64,000 nt of DNA, taken from assembly GCA_030295235.1 (NCBI GenBank), contig AP026143.1, forward strand, positions 744,001-808,000, in the 5' to 3' direction. The position numbers and the translations under genes are program-made. The notes under the pieces are model-generated. The model saw nothing but the letters and a program-made list of their open reading frames with translations, did no database searches and was not told the DNA's origin. Positions within the stretch are counted from its first letter, which is position 1. The number at the start of each line of letters is the position of its first letter. Origin of the DNA: Fistulifera solaris (taxonomy: Eukaryota). Below, piece after piece: positions 14,859 to 27,117 of the stretch.

Positions 14859-15422
14859 CACGGAAGGCAAAGGTCCCCAAGTTTCTTTCTCATTTCTCTT
14901 AAAACCCAAATCCACCCTCTGCCAAAACCTGTTCCCAACTACAAATATAAATTTAAGCTGTAACTGGCTCTCAACCCAACGCCTTGGTTGAGGGTTCATC
15001 GACTCAACTCTAGCTATGCTCAATGCTCAAGCTATGCCAGTGCCAGTCGTAATGGGTACCGATACGATCGCTTAAATATTTCCCATTTAGGTGAATAATA
15101 CCGCCAACAGGTGATGACGTTTGACGTCTACACGGAGAAGAACAGTAAGTTGCGACCAGTGACTCACAACCTCCGCACGCACAATCCTGGAACGCAGAGG
15201 AACATCCGCGACGTTCGCGAGTTCTTTTTCACCACCAGCTAAAAAAGCAGCTAAAAAGGTGTGCATCGCGCATCGCACGGAATTTTTGACATCATCGTCA
15301 TCCATGCAGGTAAAACAGGGAAGCAGAAAGAATACATTATTGTTTCTTGCCTATAACTCTCACAAGCACTTCACTTGTCGAGAGCCCGATTCTTCGTTAC
15401 ATTTTGAAAGCATTCTTAAGAC

Positions 15423-17545
15423 ATGACGGAAGGGAAACAACTCCAACACGCACAAAGCAGTATCCTCGATGTGCATACCGATCCTTTCTCGCCTCGCGAG
15501 GGACGTACGTTAGTCTGGAAAAACATTAACATGACTTTGGTACGTTGTTGTAAAAGCCTTTCAATCGTCTGATGCTGCATGAAAGTTCTCTCTCTCTCAA
15601 CCCGTTCGCGCTGTATTTGCTGTACACAGAAAGGTCAAAAGATGAACCCGATCGTAAGTTACTCGATGATGTTTGGGGAGAAGTGCCCGCGAAAGAAACT
15701 ACCGCAATTATGGGTCCTTCCGGAGCCGGAAAGACCTCTCTGCTCAATATTCTCGCCGGCCGCAACAGTTCACAAGGGCGTCTCCAAATTACGGCCGACG
15801 TTCGATTGAATAATTACACCGTCGATCCAACGAACATGACGGTGCGTCAATTGATTGCTTTTGTGGCGCAAGATGATTCTCTGCAAGTCACTTCCACGCC
15901 GCGGGAAGCCATTTACTTTTCGGCCAAGCTGCGTTTGCCGCGTACCACAACCGAAAGTCAATTGCAGAAATTGACGGAAAAGATGATTGAAGAACTCGGA
16001 TTGACGAAATGTGCGGATACTCTGGTCGGCGGTGCTTTGATCAAGGGCATTTCGGGAGGAGAACGGAAGCGAACCAGTGTCGGAGTAGAGTTGGTCACTC
16101 GACCCGCTTTGGTATTCTTGGACGAACCGACTTCGGGATTGGACAGCTTTTCTGCCGTACAACTCTGTCAGGTATTGAAAAAAGTAGCTAATGCTGGGTC
16201 CTCGGTATTATTCACCATTCATCAGCCGTCTTCGGAAATCTTCAATTCCTTTGATCGCTTAATTTTCATGAATAAAGGACGTGTCTTTTACCAAGGAAGT
16301 GTGGCGGATGTTCCGGCGTACTTTGCAGAACGAGGCCGACCGAGTCCACCGAACTTCAATCCAGCGGATTGGATCATGTCGGTCGCCCAATCCGTTCCCG
16401 TCGATCAGTTGGATGCCGATGGTTTCTTCCCCAAAGACGAACGTGAAATTGGCGAAGCCTTTGAGACAGAAGACGGAAAAGATATTTTGGGAATGACCAA
16501 TACACGACGAGGCATCCGCGCCGACGATTTGAGAGCCGATGATCGGTCGCCGGGTATCGCCACTCAAGTCAGTATGCTATTTACAAGAGAACTGGTGAAT
16601 ATCAAACGCGATGTGACGCCTTTGATTGCTCGATTTGGCTTGACGACATTTTTAGGCATTCTCGTCGGTATCATTTTCTTGGATGTCGGCCAAGAAAGTC
16701 GAGGTAAGGAACTCGCATTGATTCGTCATCCGACTTGTCTATGTCGACATCCAACTAAGTTTTTAATTTATCTGAATGGCTGGCAGATAATTTTGGCAAT
16801 GTCCAGAGTCAATTCGGTGCTGTGATTATGCTTCTATTGATGAGTATGTTCGGTACTGCACAGCCTGCGCTCTTGTCATTCCCTGAGGAACGGCCTGTGT
16901 TCCTGCGCGAATACAGCACCAATCACTATTCCGTCTTTTCGTATTTCGTTTCCAGATTAACCATGGAAGCTGTCATTACGGGTGGCCAGATTATGATCCA
17001 ACTTTTGATCACATACTTCTTGATCGGCTTTCAAGGGAACTTTGGCATGTATTTCGTTACCGTGTACACGCTGGCAATGGCTAGTACAGCTTTGGCGGTG
17101 GCGCTGGGATGTTCAGTGGAAGATCCAAAACTGGCACAAGAAATGCTACCCATTCTCTTTGTACCACAAATGCTGTTCGCTGGATTTTTCGTACAGACGG
17201 AACTCATTCCAGAGGTAAGTCAGCATTTATTGGCCTATAAATGGATACTGTTTTGACGAATGCTCACAATTAATTTTGTTTTTTCATCAGTTCCTGCGTT
17301 GGGCTCGTTATCTATGCTCCCTGACGTACGCCATCCGCATCCTGTTGATCAATGAATTTGAAGATTGCGCCAATGAGCAATCAGCAAATGAAGACGAACC
17401 AAATTACTGTCGCCAGGCTTTAGACAATGTTGACGCTGATGCCGACGAAACATGGTGGAACTGGTTAGTTCTTGTGGCGTTGTTTGTGGTATTTCGAGTC
17501 ATGGCTTTGCGTATCCTTCAATTGAAATCGACGAAATTCTATTAG
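15423..17545 (+). CDS. ABCG (White-type) half ABC transporter, 4 exons
   Basis: Walker A GPSGAGKT, signature ISGGERKR, Walker B LDEPTSGLD, TIHQP, then an ABC2 membrane domain (ERPVFLRE). Introns at 15540-15629, 16704-16786 and 17215-17290. One A appears to be missing near 15637-15640. Confidence 0.93.
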
Positions 17546-18019
17546 TCATTACCAAACAAGAGTGGTCTATGCTATCGTGCTTCATCGCTCGATTGCTTTG
17601 CGTTATTTTAAAGCGAATGATAAAGTTAATACTTTATTTTTTATCACGGTCTTAGCTTTAAGTTGAATGATGTCTCAATTGACTCGGGAAACGACAATTG
17701 GACAATCGTTGATAGTTATGAAGACCTAGTTGATCAGTACCATTCTTTTCAAAAAATGAAATTGTTTGCTGAAGAGAAATGCGCGAATGGAGTAAATCTA
17801 GCCCAAAAATATAGCTGGTCTTTAGGATTTATCTACCCTTAGCCTCACGACCGGATTTAGTCACGCGGCGACAACGTTTTTGCTCTGCGCCGTTTCGAAG
17901 TGCTTCAATTTTGTTCGCAGCGGCGAAAGACACAACAAGAACACTTCGAAGCTGAAAACAAACAATGCTTTCATAATTCATTATTGTAGTCTTCTTCCAG
18001 GAGCAAACATCTATAAAAC

Positions 18020-19448
18020 ATGACCGAAAACCACAATCATGAAGATGTCAGCGACGACACGTGGCAAGAACTCATGGGTTCTGATTTAATGATAAAGAAG
18101 GTGCGTCTTTTACAATGTTATTCGGTCGTCTATGCCTCTCTCGTCCCTCAGCATTTATAAATCACTCATTTTTCAATAGATCGTTACAACGAACTCCGAA
18201 AGTGACGAAAGTCAAGCTGTGAAACCCGCAGATGCTGTACGTATTGATTTTGAGGCCCGTTACGCTCCCGACCGAACGATCCTCGACGGCCCGCTTTGTC
18301 AAGAAGCAAAAGATTGGTTGATTGTGATCGGAGAAAAGGACGTTTTACCCGCTGTCGAAATGGGAGTACGATTCATGAGTGTCGGAGAAACAGCGTTGGT
18401 GTGGAGTCATTCCAAATTTGCGCATGGGCCGGGGCAACGCAAACACGGGGATTTCGAACTGCCATCCAACGCGAACGTCTTGTTTCAAATCACGGTACGC
18501 GCCATTTTAAAGCCATCGGCTACCACCGCTGACGAAATTGCGATTGCCTTGTCGAAGAAGAATATCGGGAACGACATTTTTGCCAATGAGTGGAATCCCT
18601 ACGGCATTGCACGGGCGAAACAACAATACAAGCGGGCCGGAGAACTCATGGAGCATTTGTTACAAACAGGCACTTGGAAGGACGACGAGGAAGACGATCG
18701 ATTTTTACAGCAGAAAGCCCGAGAAATTATGCTGGATTCATTCAACAATCTCGCCGCCTTGCATTTGCGGAACAAAGACTACAAGTTAGCCAAAGAAGCC
18801 GCGGTCAAAGTCCTCGAACGGGACCCGGACAACTTCAAGGCTTTAATCCGAGCTGCTAAAGCGGCGTTGCTTGATCCAGCATCCGAATTTGAAGAAGTAG
18901 AGGCCGCATTGGCGGCGGCTGCTTCACGGAGTGAACACGCAAGTGACCTTGATTTGCAAAAACTAAAAGAAGAATTTGTTCGACGAAAGAGAGCGTACAA
19001 AAAGAAATCGAAAGCCATGTTTGCGAATAAGAAGAAATTTGAATCGAGCATTCAAACTATTTCCGAGGAAGCGAAAGAAGAAGCGGACGAGAGCACCAAC
19101 GATGATGGAGGCGAAAAATTAGTCGACGGACAGTGTACGATAGAAGGAGCACAATCATTTTCGGAAGCGGAAGGATCGGTCGCTGCCGCACCCGAGCCGA
19201 CATCAACGAGTCAAATTGGGAATTGGATGGACTGGCGCAAATGGGATTGGAAAAACAAAGTGCTACCATATGCCTTTCAACTATTGATGACATGTGTCAT
19301 GTACTGGTACTACACGGTTTTGAAGCAGCAGCAAGATGAGAAGATGGCTGCAGCGTTGCAAGAGGCACAATTCACGCAACAAATATTGAATGACAATGAA
19401 TTTGAGTTTTTGTTATCAGACCCGACCTCGACACAAAACGAGCTGTAG
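18020..19448 (+). CDS. FKBP-type PPIase domain + TPR + C-terminal TM anchor (FKBP8/FKBP38-like)
   Basis: FKBP fold (IGEKDVLPAVEMGVRFMSVGETA), TPR (NNLAALHLR...VLERDPDNFKALIRAAKA) and a hydrophobic C-terminal helix. In-frame intron at 18101-18179. Confidence 0.85.
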
Positions 19449-19492
19449 TAGTTTACAATAATGGACTAAATGGATTAATGGAAGCGTCGAAG

Positions 19493-21838
19493 CTTTCTAC
19501 TGTTTCATGTTTTCATGTCGATTCAACGTCGATTCTTGTTGAATGGCCCGCATTAGCGATGTTGGACAAAGTATTGTTGTCATTGGTGTCCAACAAACCC
19601 GAAAAAGGTTGGGATCGAAACTACACAGACTCCGGGTTCCCCCTCTGTCGATAAATTTCCCTACGAGAGCTACGTGAAATCACGTAGACATTCGAAGCGT
19701 TGGATCATTCGTTCCACCAACTTTTTGTTTTCAAACCGATGGCGTTCATTGCTTCCTGATACGAAATAAATACGGTGGACAAGCAAATGATGATATCTGT
19801 GCACTGGAAAGCCATGAATTGGACGAGTGCGAAGAATGCAATATCCGGGTACCCCTGCAGAGATAAATTTCCTACGGCGGTTACGTATAATATAGCGCGT
19901 AGAAACTGGAACCGTCGTAACTTTCTATTGTTTCATGTTTTCATGTCGATTCAACGTCGATTCTTGTTGAATGGCCCGCATTAGCGATGTTGGACAAAGT
20001 ATTGTTGTCATTGGTGTCCAACAAACCCGAAAAAGGTTGGGATCGAAACTACACAAACTCCGGGTTCCCCCTCTGTCGATAAATTTCCCTACGAGAGCTA
20101 CGTGAAATCACGTAGACATTCGAAGCGTTGGATCATTCGTTCCACCAACTTTTTGTTTTCGAATCGATGGCTTTCATTGCTTCCTGATACGAAATTAATA
20201 CGATGGACAAGCAAACGTTGATATCTGTGGACTGGAAAGCCATGAATTGGATGGGTGCGAAGAATGCAATATCCGGGTACCCCTGCAGAGATAAATTTCC
20301 TACGGCGGTTACGTATAATATAGCGCGTAGAAACTGGAACCGTCGTAACTTTCTATTGTTTCATGTTTTCATGTCGCTTCAACGTCGATTCTTGTTGAAT
20401 GGCCCGCATTAGCGATGTTGGACAAAGTATTGTTGTCATTGGTGTCCAACAAACCCGAAAAAGGTTGGGATCGAAACTACACAAACTCCGGGTTCCCCCT
20501 CTGTCGATAAATTTCCCTACGAGAGCTACGTGAAATCACGTAGACATTCGAAGCGTTGGATCATTCGTTCCACCAACTTTTTGTTTTCAAACCGATGGCT
20601 TTCATTGCTTCCTGATACGAAATAAATACGATGGACAAGCAAATGTTGATATCGGTGCACTGGAAAGCCATGAATTGGACGAGTGTGAGAAATGCAATAT
20701 CCGGGTACCCCTGCAGAGATAAATTTCCTACGGCGGTTACGTATAATATAGCGCGTAGAAACTGGAACCGTCGTAACTTTCTATTGTTTCATGTTTTCAT
20801 GTCGATTCAACGTCGATTCTTGTTGAATGGCCCGCATTAGCGATGTTGGACAAAGTATTGTTGTCATTGGTGTCCAACAAACCCGAAAAAGGTTGGGATC
20901 GAAACTACACAAACTCCGGGTTCCCCCTCTGTCGATAAATTTCCCTACGAGAGCTACGTGAAATCACGTAGACATTCGAAGCGTTGGATCATTCGTTCCA
21001 CCAACTTTTTGTTTTCGAATCGATGGCTTTCATTGCTTCCTGATACGAAATTAATACGATGGACAAGCAAACGTTGATATCTGTGGACTGGAAAGCCATG
21101 AATTGGATGGGTGCGAAGAATGCAATATCCGGGTACCCCTGCAGAGATAAATTTCCTACGGCGGTTACGTATAATATAGCGCGTAGAAACTGGAACCGTC
21201 GTAACTTTCTATTGTTTCATGTTTTCATGTTGATTCAACGTCGATTCTTGTTGAATGGCCCGCATTAGCGATGTTGGACAAAGTATTGTTGTCATTGGTG
21301 TCCAACAAACCCGAAAAAGGTTGGGATCGAAACTACACAAACTCCGGGTTCCCCCTCTGTCGATAAATTTCCCCACGAGAGCTACGTGAAATCACGTAGA
21401 CATTCGAAGCGTTGGATCATTCGTTCCACCAACTTTTTGTTTTCAAACCGATGGCTTTCATTGCTTCCTGATACGAAATAAATACGGTGGACAAGCAAAT
21501 GTTGATATCTGTGGACTGGAAAGCCATGAATTGGATGGGTGCGAAGAATGCAATATCCGGGTACCCCTGCAGAGATAAATTTCCTACGGCGGTTACGTAT
21601 AATATAGCGCGTAGAAACTGGAACCGTCGTAACTTTCTATTGTTTCATGTTTTCATGTTGATTCAACGTCGATTCTTGTTCAATGGCCCGCAGTAGCAAT
21701 GTGGGACAAAGTATTGTTGACATTGGTGTCCAACAAACCCGAAAAAGGTTGGGATCGAAACTACACAGACTCCGGGTTTGCCCTCTGTCGATAAATTTCC
21801 CTACGAGAGCTACGTGAAATCACGTAGACATCGAAGCG
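19493..21838. repeat. 428-bp tandem array, about 5.5 copies; each unit is a diverged ~214-bp dimer and units alternate between two variants
   Basis: Near-identical short ORFs at 19775, 20203, 20631, 21059 and 21487 give an exact period of 428. Confidence 0.97.
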
Positions 21839-22232
21839 ATTAATTTTTCACGAGCTTGACGTATTGCAGTCGATCTCCATGAAGGTAAAAGCTTGAAAAC
21901 CAAAAAAAGACCGTCTTTCGCATAGGACCATCTTGGGACCATCATCACAATCACGGGGGTAAAACGTTTCCGCCATACAGACGTTACCTGGTAGCGACAA
22001 TCGTGCATCTTCGCGCTTCGAGATCGTCAGCGTCTTGCATGCGTACGTAGTGACTATTTGTTTCGCTTGCTCTCGTCCGCGCCAACCGCAAAAGAAAAAG
22101 CGACGATACCTGGTACAGTACAGAATAAAAATATTTTTTTGTTGTCCTCTTTTATTTCAAAAACAAAGCCTAAGGGGGAGCAATACGTTAAAAAAGACAC
22201 TGAAGCATAAGGAAGCAACAATAAAACTCAAA

Positions 22233-22769
22233 ATGACGAACCAGAAGAAACGACCCCGCAATGAATTGACGAAACTCATTCCCGACTATGTTGCTCCGAT
22301 GGAACTCCAAACAACAACGTCGACGGCTCCGAAACCCGTCAAGTCTACGTTGCCTCCTCCGACATGGATGACGTCGAAGCAAAAAGACTTCAAAACAGGG
22401 AAAGTGACGACTCCAAAGACGAATACAGCGGGTCCGGGCTGGTTTCACATGCGGCCGTCCGCATCGACTGCGGAGTTACAAGCCGATCTTCATTTGATTC
22501 GAAACCGTAATTATTTGGATCCCAAGCACTTCTACAAGTCATCCGATAAGTTCGGGACGTTTCTACAACGCGGTACTGTCATCGAAGGGGCCTCGGAGTT
22601 CTTTTCGTCGCGTTTGACGAAGAAGCAGCGCAAGGAAACGTTGTTACAAGAAGTTTTGGCCGATACGGAGACGGCGGGTTGGGCTCAACAGAAATACAAA
22701 AAGATGCAGCAAGAAAAGACCGCCCAGGCGGAGAAACGGCGTTTCAAGAAACGAAAAGGACGTAAATGA
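22233..22769 (+). CDS. FCF2: Fcf2/DNTTIP2-like pre-rRNA processing protein
   Basis: TAGPGWFHM...DLHLIRNRNYLDPKHFYK...QRGTVIEGASEFFSSRLTKKQRKETLLQEVLAD matches the Fcf2 domain pattern. Confidence 0.88.
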   Translation: MTNQKKRPRNELTKLIPDYVAPMELQTTTSTAPKPVKSTLPPPTWMTSKQKDFKTGKVTTPKTNTAGPGWFHMRPSASTAELQADLHLIRNRNYLDPKHFYKSSDKFGTFLQRGTVIEGASEFFSSRLTKKQRKETLLQEVLADTETAGWAQQKYKKMQQEKTAQAEKRRFKKRKGRK

Positions 22770-22893
22770 GCAACTGCTGTATTAAAATTGCTGCGTAATG
22801 AAAAATATTAAGTTTCACAACTAATTTGGACAGAGACTAAAGGGAACGCTCTTTTTCGACCCGTCGTCCTCTCTTCTTCCCTTCCATCCGTTT

Positions 22894-23747
22894 TTACATT
22901 AGCACAAAAGGTACCAACGCTACCAGAGGCAATCCATAGGCCGCGAGCAACAAAGTGTTTTCGGCGGCAATGCCAAACAAACCCAAAAAGGCGGTGACCC
23001 AAGCGAGCATGAGAGTCAAGCGCGAAGCCGTTTTATGCGCAAAACGGATAGTCTTATTTTGTTTGTCCATTCCAAAGTCAGGGTGAAGGAAAATCGATCC
23101 AGCGAGTCCTGTGAAGCATCATTTTGTACATGAGATAAGGGTATCAGCGATACAACGGACGCGTTCTGGGGCACTTACCCAAGCCAACACAGCTGATCAC
23201 TACCCCTGTCCCGACCATGGCGTGCGGAGAGGACAAATGGAGGTATCCGTTATTTTCCTTGTTGCGGTAGATGCAGTAGATCCCTCCAAACGAGCAAAAG
23301 AGCGAAAGCCAGCCCAATATTCCGTGCGTCTGTTATCTCCATAAAGTGAGGCAGAGAATACATCGTCCCTTAATAACAAATAATCAATATTACCTTGGTA
23401 TTTGCATAGCCTCCCAGTTTCTTCGTGACAGCTCCCAAACCTGCGAATCCCACCATGCCGCACGTCATGAGAAACGGATGCCAACTGAAGAGACGCCATT
23501 CACCCGTCGGCTGCAAACCGGCTTGACGTCCCATGAGCAGCGAGTACGCAATCAATACAGTCACCAGTGTGTAGTACTGTGCGGGAGAGGGTTTGGGGGC
23601 TGAAATTCCGTTGCAAAGGACGCAAAGATCGCCCATGAAGATGAGGAGTGAGACGCTCATCATATGCCGTGATATGTCAAAAATCTTCATTTCATTGCTA
23701 ACATCGCTACTTACGGAGTATTTACCCCATGAGCCTTGTGCGACCAT
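22894..23747 (-). CDS. Cytochrome b561 family transmembrane di-heme reductase, 3 exons
   Basis: Manual splicing gives FSWHPFLM, THGILGW, HLSSPHAMVG and FAHKTASR, i.e. four candidate heme-ligating His in TM context. GT-AG introns at about 23393-23330 and 23178-23109. The start codon is uncertain. Confidence 0.85.
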
Positions 23748-24115
23748 GCTTGATATTGCTTTGTTTATTACGAGCTAGAATAAAGTCAAAGGAAACACTT
23801 CACAAGCAATAAATTGAAAGTCGATCGTTCTTTTTACGGAGTATTTTTTTGTCCATGTTGATCGTAAAGGTATGAAAAAGATACGCGCCAAGTCACAGAA
23901 CGATTAAGGTTGACGTTAAGGAAAACATCATGGATCCGTAGTAGTAGTAGGTAAAGACTACCATACTCAGCAAGAGACAGCTATTCTGTAAATGCGTTAT
24001 CACAATACGGAGTAATACGGATTAATCACAACACTCTCATTCTTTTTCTTTAAACTTTTCTTTTCATCTGGTATTTGGTAGCCGTACTGACACAATGTTA
24101 TCTCATTGATTGCAA

Positions 24116-25097
24116 TCACGCGACATCTTCTTTCACCAACGCAGCTCCTTTTTTGGCATCCGGTTCATCGCAATCAATACTGCTGCTGCTGTTGCTGTTG
24201 AGCTTGTTTTCGGCAGCTAGCTGCTGCAGTTCTTGATCGAGGCGCTTCATTTCATGCAATTTCATGCAGTGCAAGGCGGCCGTCACACCAAGGAAACACC
24301 AAAAGGTGGTAATCTGCAGAAGACTGCGCGAGGAACTGTAACCGAAGGGTTTCAAAATGACCATAGGCAGTTTCTTGTGACTCCAGAAATCGTTCTTGGC
24401 GGCCCAAACTTCTCGAGTTTCTCCCAGGATTTCTTCAAACTCGTGACATCCACCCACAAATAGACCCGTGGCGAGGAATGCGAGCACAATCGTGACAAAG
24501 ATGCACACGTAATGCTTCTGTTTCATGCTTTGGTTGGCCCAGTACACTAAAAAGCCGACCGCGAGACCCACACTGATACCAATTACGGCGCTCAGCGGAA
24601 TGGCTACCAAATTGTCACCATCAAGAAAGAAGGGCAACAAAAAGACACCGCATTCGGCGACTTCGCGCCATACATTCCACGCAACATTGAATCGAATGGA
24701 AGACATCGTCAAATCGAATGATTGAGAAATCTTGCCATCTTTCTTGTTCTTGTAGTAGCCCATCCACTTGGGGATCTTTTAGGGAAAGTTGCAGGATACA
24801 AAGAGCAGCGATAACCTTGGAAATTCCTTCAATCCACTCGGCCACTTCTTCATCAAACTCCTTGGACAAGACAGCCAACGGAATGGCGACAATGACCACA
24901 ACCAGAACAGCGAAAAATGCAGCGATAGCGGCGGATACTGTCACTTCACGGAACATCTGATCCTTGGATGCTGTATTGGCATCTTGAGGAATGTCACTCT
25001 TCTGAATGACGGTACGGAATTCGCCAATAATGATGGCGCCTTCCATGAATTCGCGAGCGAAGATAGTGCACATGGCATAGTCGAAGAGGTTCGGCAT
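24116..25097 (-). CDS. FTR1: FTR1-family high-affinity iron permease (one frameshift at T-run 24777-24780)
   Basis: Two RExxE motifs (REFME, REVAE), several TM helices and GCHEFEE. Removing one base joins the two ORFs (LSLKIPKWMGYY) into 326 aa. Confidence 0.88.
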
Positions 25098-25761
25098 GAT
25101 TGTCTCTGATAGGAAAGATTGATGCTGATGTAAGTCTTTTTATGTGAAAAGACGCTACTGGACGAAGTCGATGGCAACCAAGTTTGTGAGGTCGTGCAAA
25201 AAAATGTTTCGAGGTCTCGATCACCTGGATTCTGGATTTAATTAGATTTCGGATTTCGGAGTTCTCATTTGGTTATCAAGGTAAATCGTCCACGCTACCC
25301 TTTGCTCTATACTAACTTTAATAATCCATTTTCCCCTATGTGTCGATTGTCGACCAAATGTAATAGTCTATCCACAAACTGTCATGAAACTAACATTGAG
25401 AGTACAGCACGCATTGAGCACGCGTTGTCGCTGTTGAGATAGCAGATAGCAATTAGAAATTACTCCAGTAGAAAGACAAGAGAGAAACGAGCTATCTAAA
25501 TTTTAGTGCGGAGTTTTGGTGGTCGATTGCAATTTGCAATTGCTTGGATCTTGGATCTTTCTGGGGCTTGACACTTACTTGACATTGCTGTGTTCTTTGG
25601 CCAGGGTAACCGTGATTCAAGAGTCCCGACAGGTTGATGACGAGCCGTCTGTCGCAGTTCGATTGCTGGATTTATCCCCCTCCAAAAGGTCCGACTAAAA
25701 TCAGACACGCTTTGTTTGTTGTTTCGGTGGGGGGAGAAATATCGTCTATGTAGAAAACCTA

Positions 25762-25885
25762 CTAGTGTCCCACGGGGAGGCGTAAACTGCCAAATTTGGC
25801 AGTTTACGGGCTTTATCGGGTCATGAGCCCACAGGCAAACGTGCCGGTGCCGGCTCCGCCAGCCTCGACACAAAACCTGTTCCGG
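25762..25885 (-). mobile_element. Putative Helitron 3' terminus
   Basis: Perfect 28-bp palindrome CGTAAACTGCCAAATTTGGCAGTTTACG (25781-25808) lies 15 nt upstream of CTAG|T on the minus strand. The 5' end was not located. Confidence 0.5.
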
Positions 25886-25893
25886 TGCATAAA

Positions 25894-26630
25894 GTTTTTA
25901 CTATGATCCGAACAGTTGGTTCTCCATATTCACGACTGGATTTCGGTCACGAGACTGCCTCAATCCTTTTGTACATGCAGCTTGCAGCGCGAAGTTTGTG
26001 TCTTTTTTGGCGTTTGATTATAGTCTCATTACAATATTTAAATCGAAAGCTACTACGTAGTTACGTTCCCGCCTTGAATTTTCGCGCAACTGCGATTTCA
26101 GCCGGCAATGTCTTCGAGTCCTGACCTTCATGTTTTTACTATGATCCGAACAGTTGGTTCTCCATATTCACGACTGGATTTCGGTCACGAGACTGCCTCA
26201 ATCCTTTTGTACATGCAGCTTGCAGCGCGAAGTTTGTGTCTTTTTTGGCGTTTGATTATAGTCTCATTACAATATTTAAATCGAAAGCTACTACGTAGTT
26301 ACGTTCCCGCCTTGAATTTTCGCGCAACTGCGATTTCAGCCGGCAATGTCTTCGAGTCCTGACCTTCATGTTTTTACTATGATCCGAACAGTTGGTTCTC
26401 CATATTCACGACTGGATTTCGGTCACGAGACTGCCTCAATCCTTTTGTACATGCAGCTTGCAGCGCGAAGTTTGTGTCTTTTTTGGCGTTTGATTATAGT
26501 CTCATTACAAGAATAGATCTAAAGCTAATAATGCTCTCATCTTGGAATTTCGCGCACTTCGAGTCCTGACCTTCATGTTTTTACTATGATCCGAACAGTC
26601 GGTTCTCCATATTCACGACTGGATTTCGGT
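25894..26630. repeat. 238-bp tandem repeat, about 3.2 copies
   Basis: GTTTTTACTATGATCCGAACAG at 25894, 26132, 26370 and 26577. The first two units look identical; the third is diverged and shortened. Confidence 0.95.
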
Positions 26631-26950
26631 GAGGAGAGAGGAGACTGCCTTTTTGTCCGTGTAACGGTAGACTAGAGCTTATGATTGATGACTTTTTAGT
26701 CGTTGCTACCAGGTATCCAAAAGCTTAGAATCAACGGCGCCACTAGCGCTGAGTTATTCCACAATGGTGATTACTACATAGTAATCACATTTCTTAGTAT
26801 TATAGTTGTCATAGGCTCCATGAGTAAATGGTAAACCCATGTAGGCTCGATCTTTGAAACATAGCGAGACTTATACCTCAACCGAAGAAGCCACACAGTA
26901 TCTCTTACCTCTTACTATCGGATCAATATTCGACGACTCAGCTCACTTCC

Positions 26951-27031
26951 GGAAACGACGTTAAAATTCTGCCTCGCCGTAGGCCCTACGTAGAATCTTG
27001 TACTGAGAGGCAGAATTTTAACGTCCTTTCC
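26951..27031. repeat. Inverted repeat: 19-bp perfect arms (25 bp with one mismatch) and a 31-nt spacer
   Basis: GACGTTAAAATTCTGCCTC (26957-26975) pairs with GAGGCAGAATTTTAACGTC (27007-27025). Confidence 0.85.
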
Positions 27032-27117
27032 CAGCGTTTCCGCCGTCACATAGTCTACTTGTAGGCGTCAGCAACAGTTTTCATCATCATGATCTATTCA
27101 CCGACACGTCTTTCTTT

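Noticed and set aside
14968..15015. Hairpin followed by CTAG as a third Helitron end
   Set aside because: The stem is short, CTAG is followed by C rather than T, and no 5' end is evident.
19775..21696. Five repeated 69-aa ORFs as a peptide gene array
   Set aside because: Two copies start with GTG, many differences are non-synonymous and there is no recognisable domain; they are a by-product of the DNA repeat.
19493..26630. CRISPR array interpretation of the tandem repeats
   Set aside because: Units repeat along their whole length with no unique spacers, there are no cas genes, and the context is eukaryotic.
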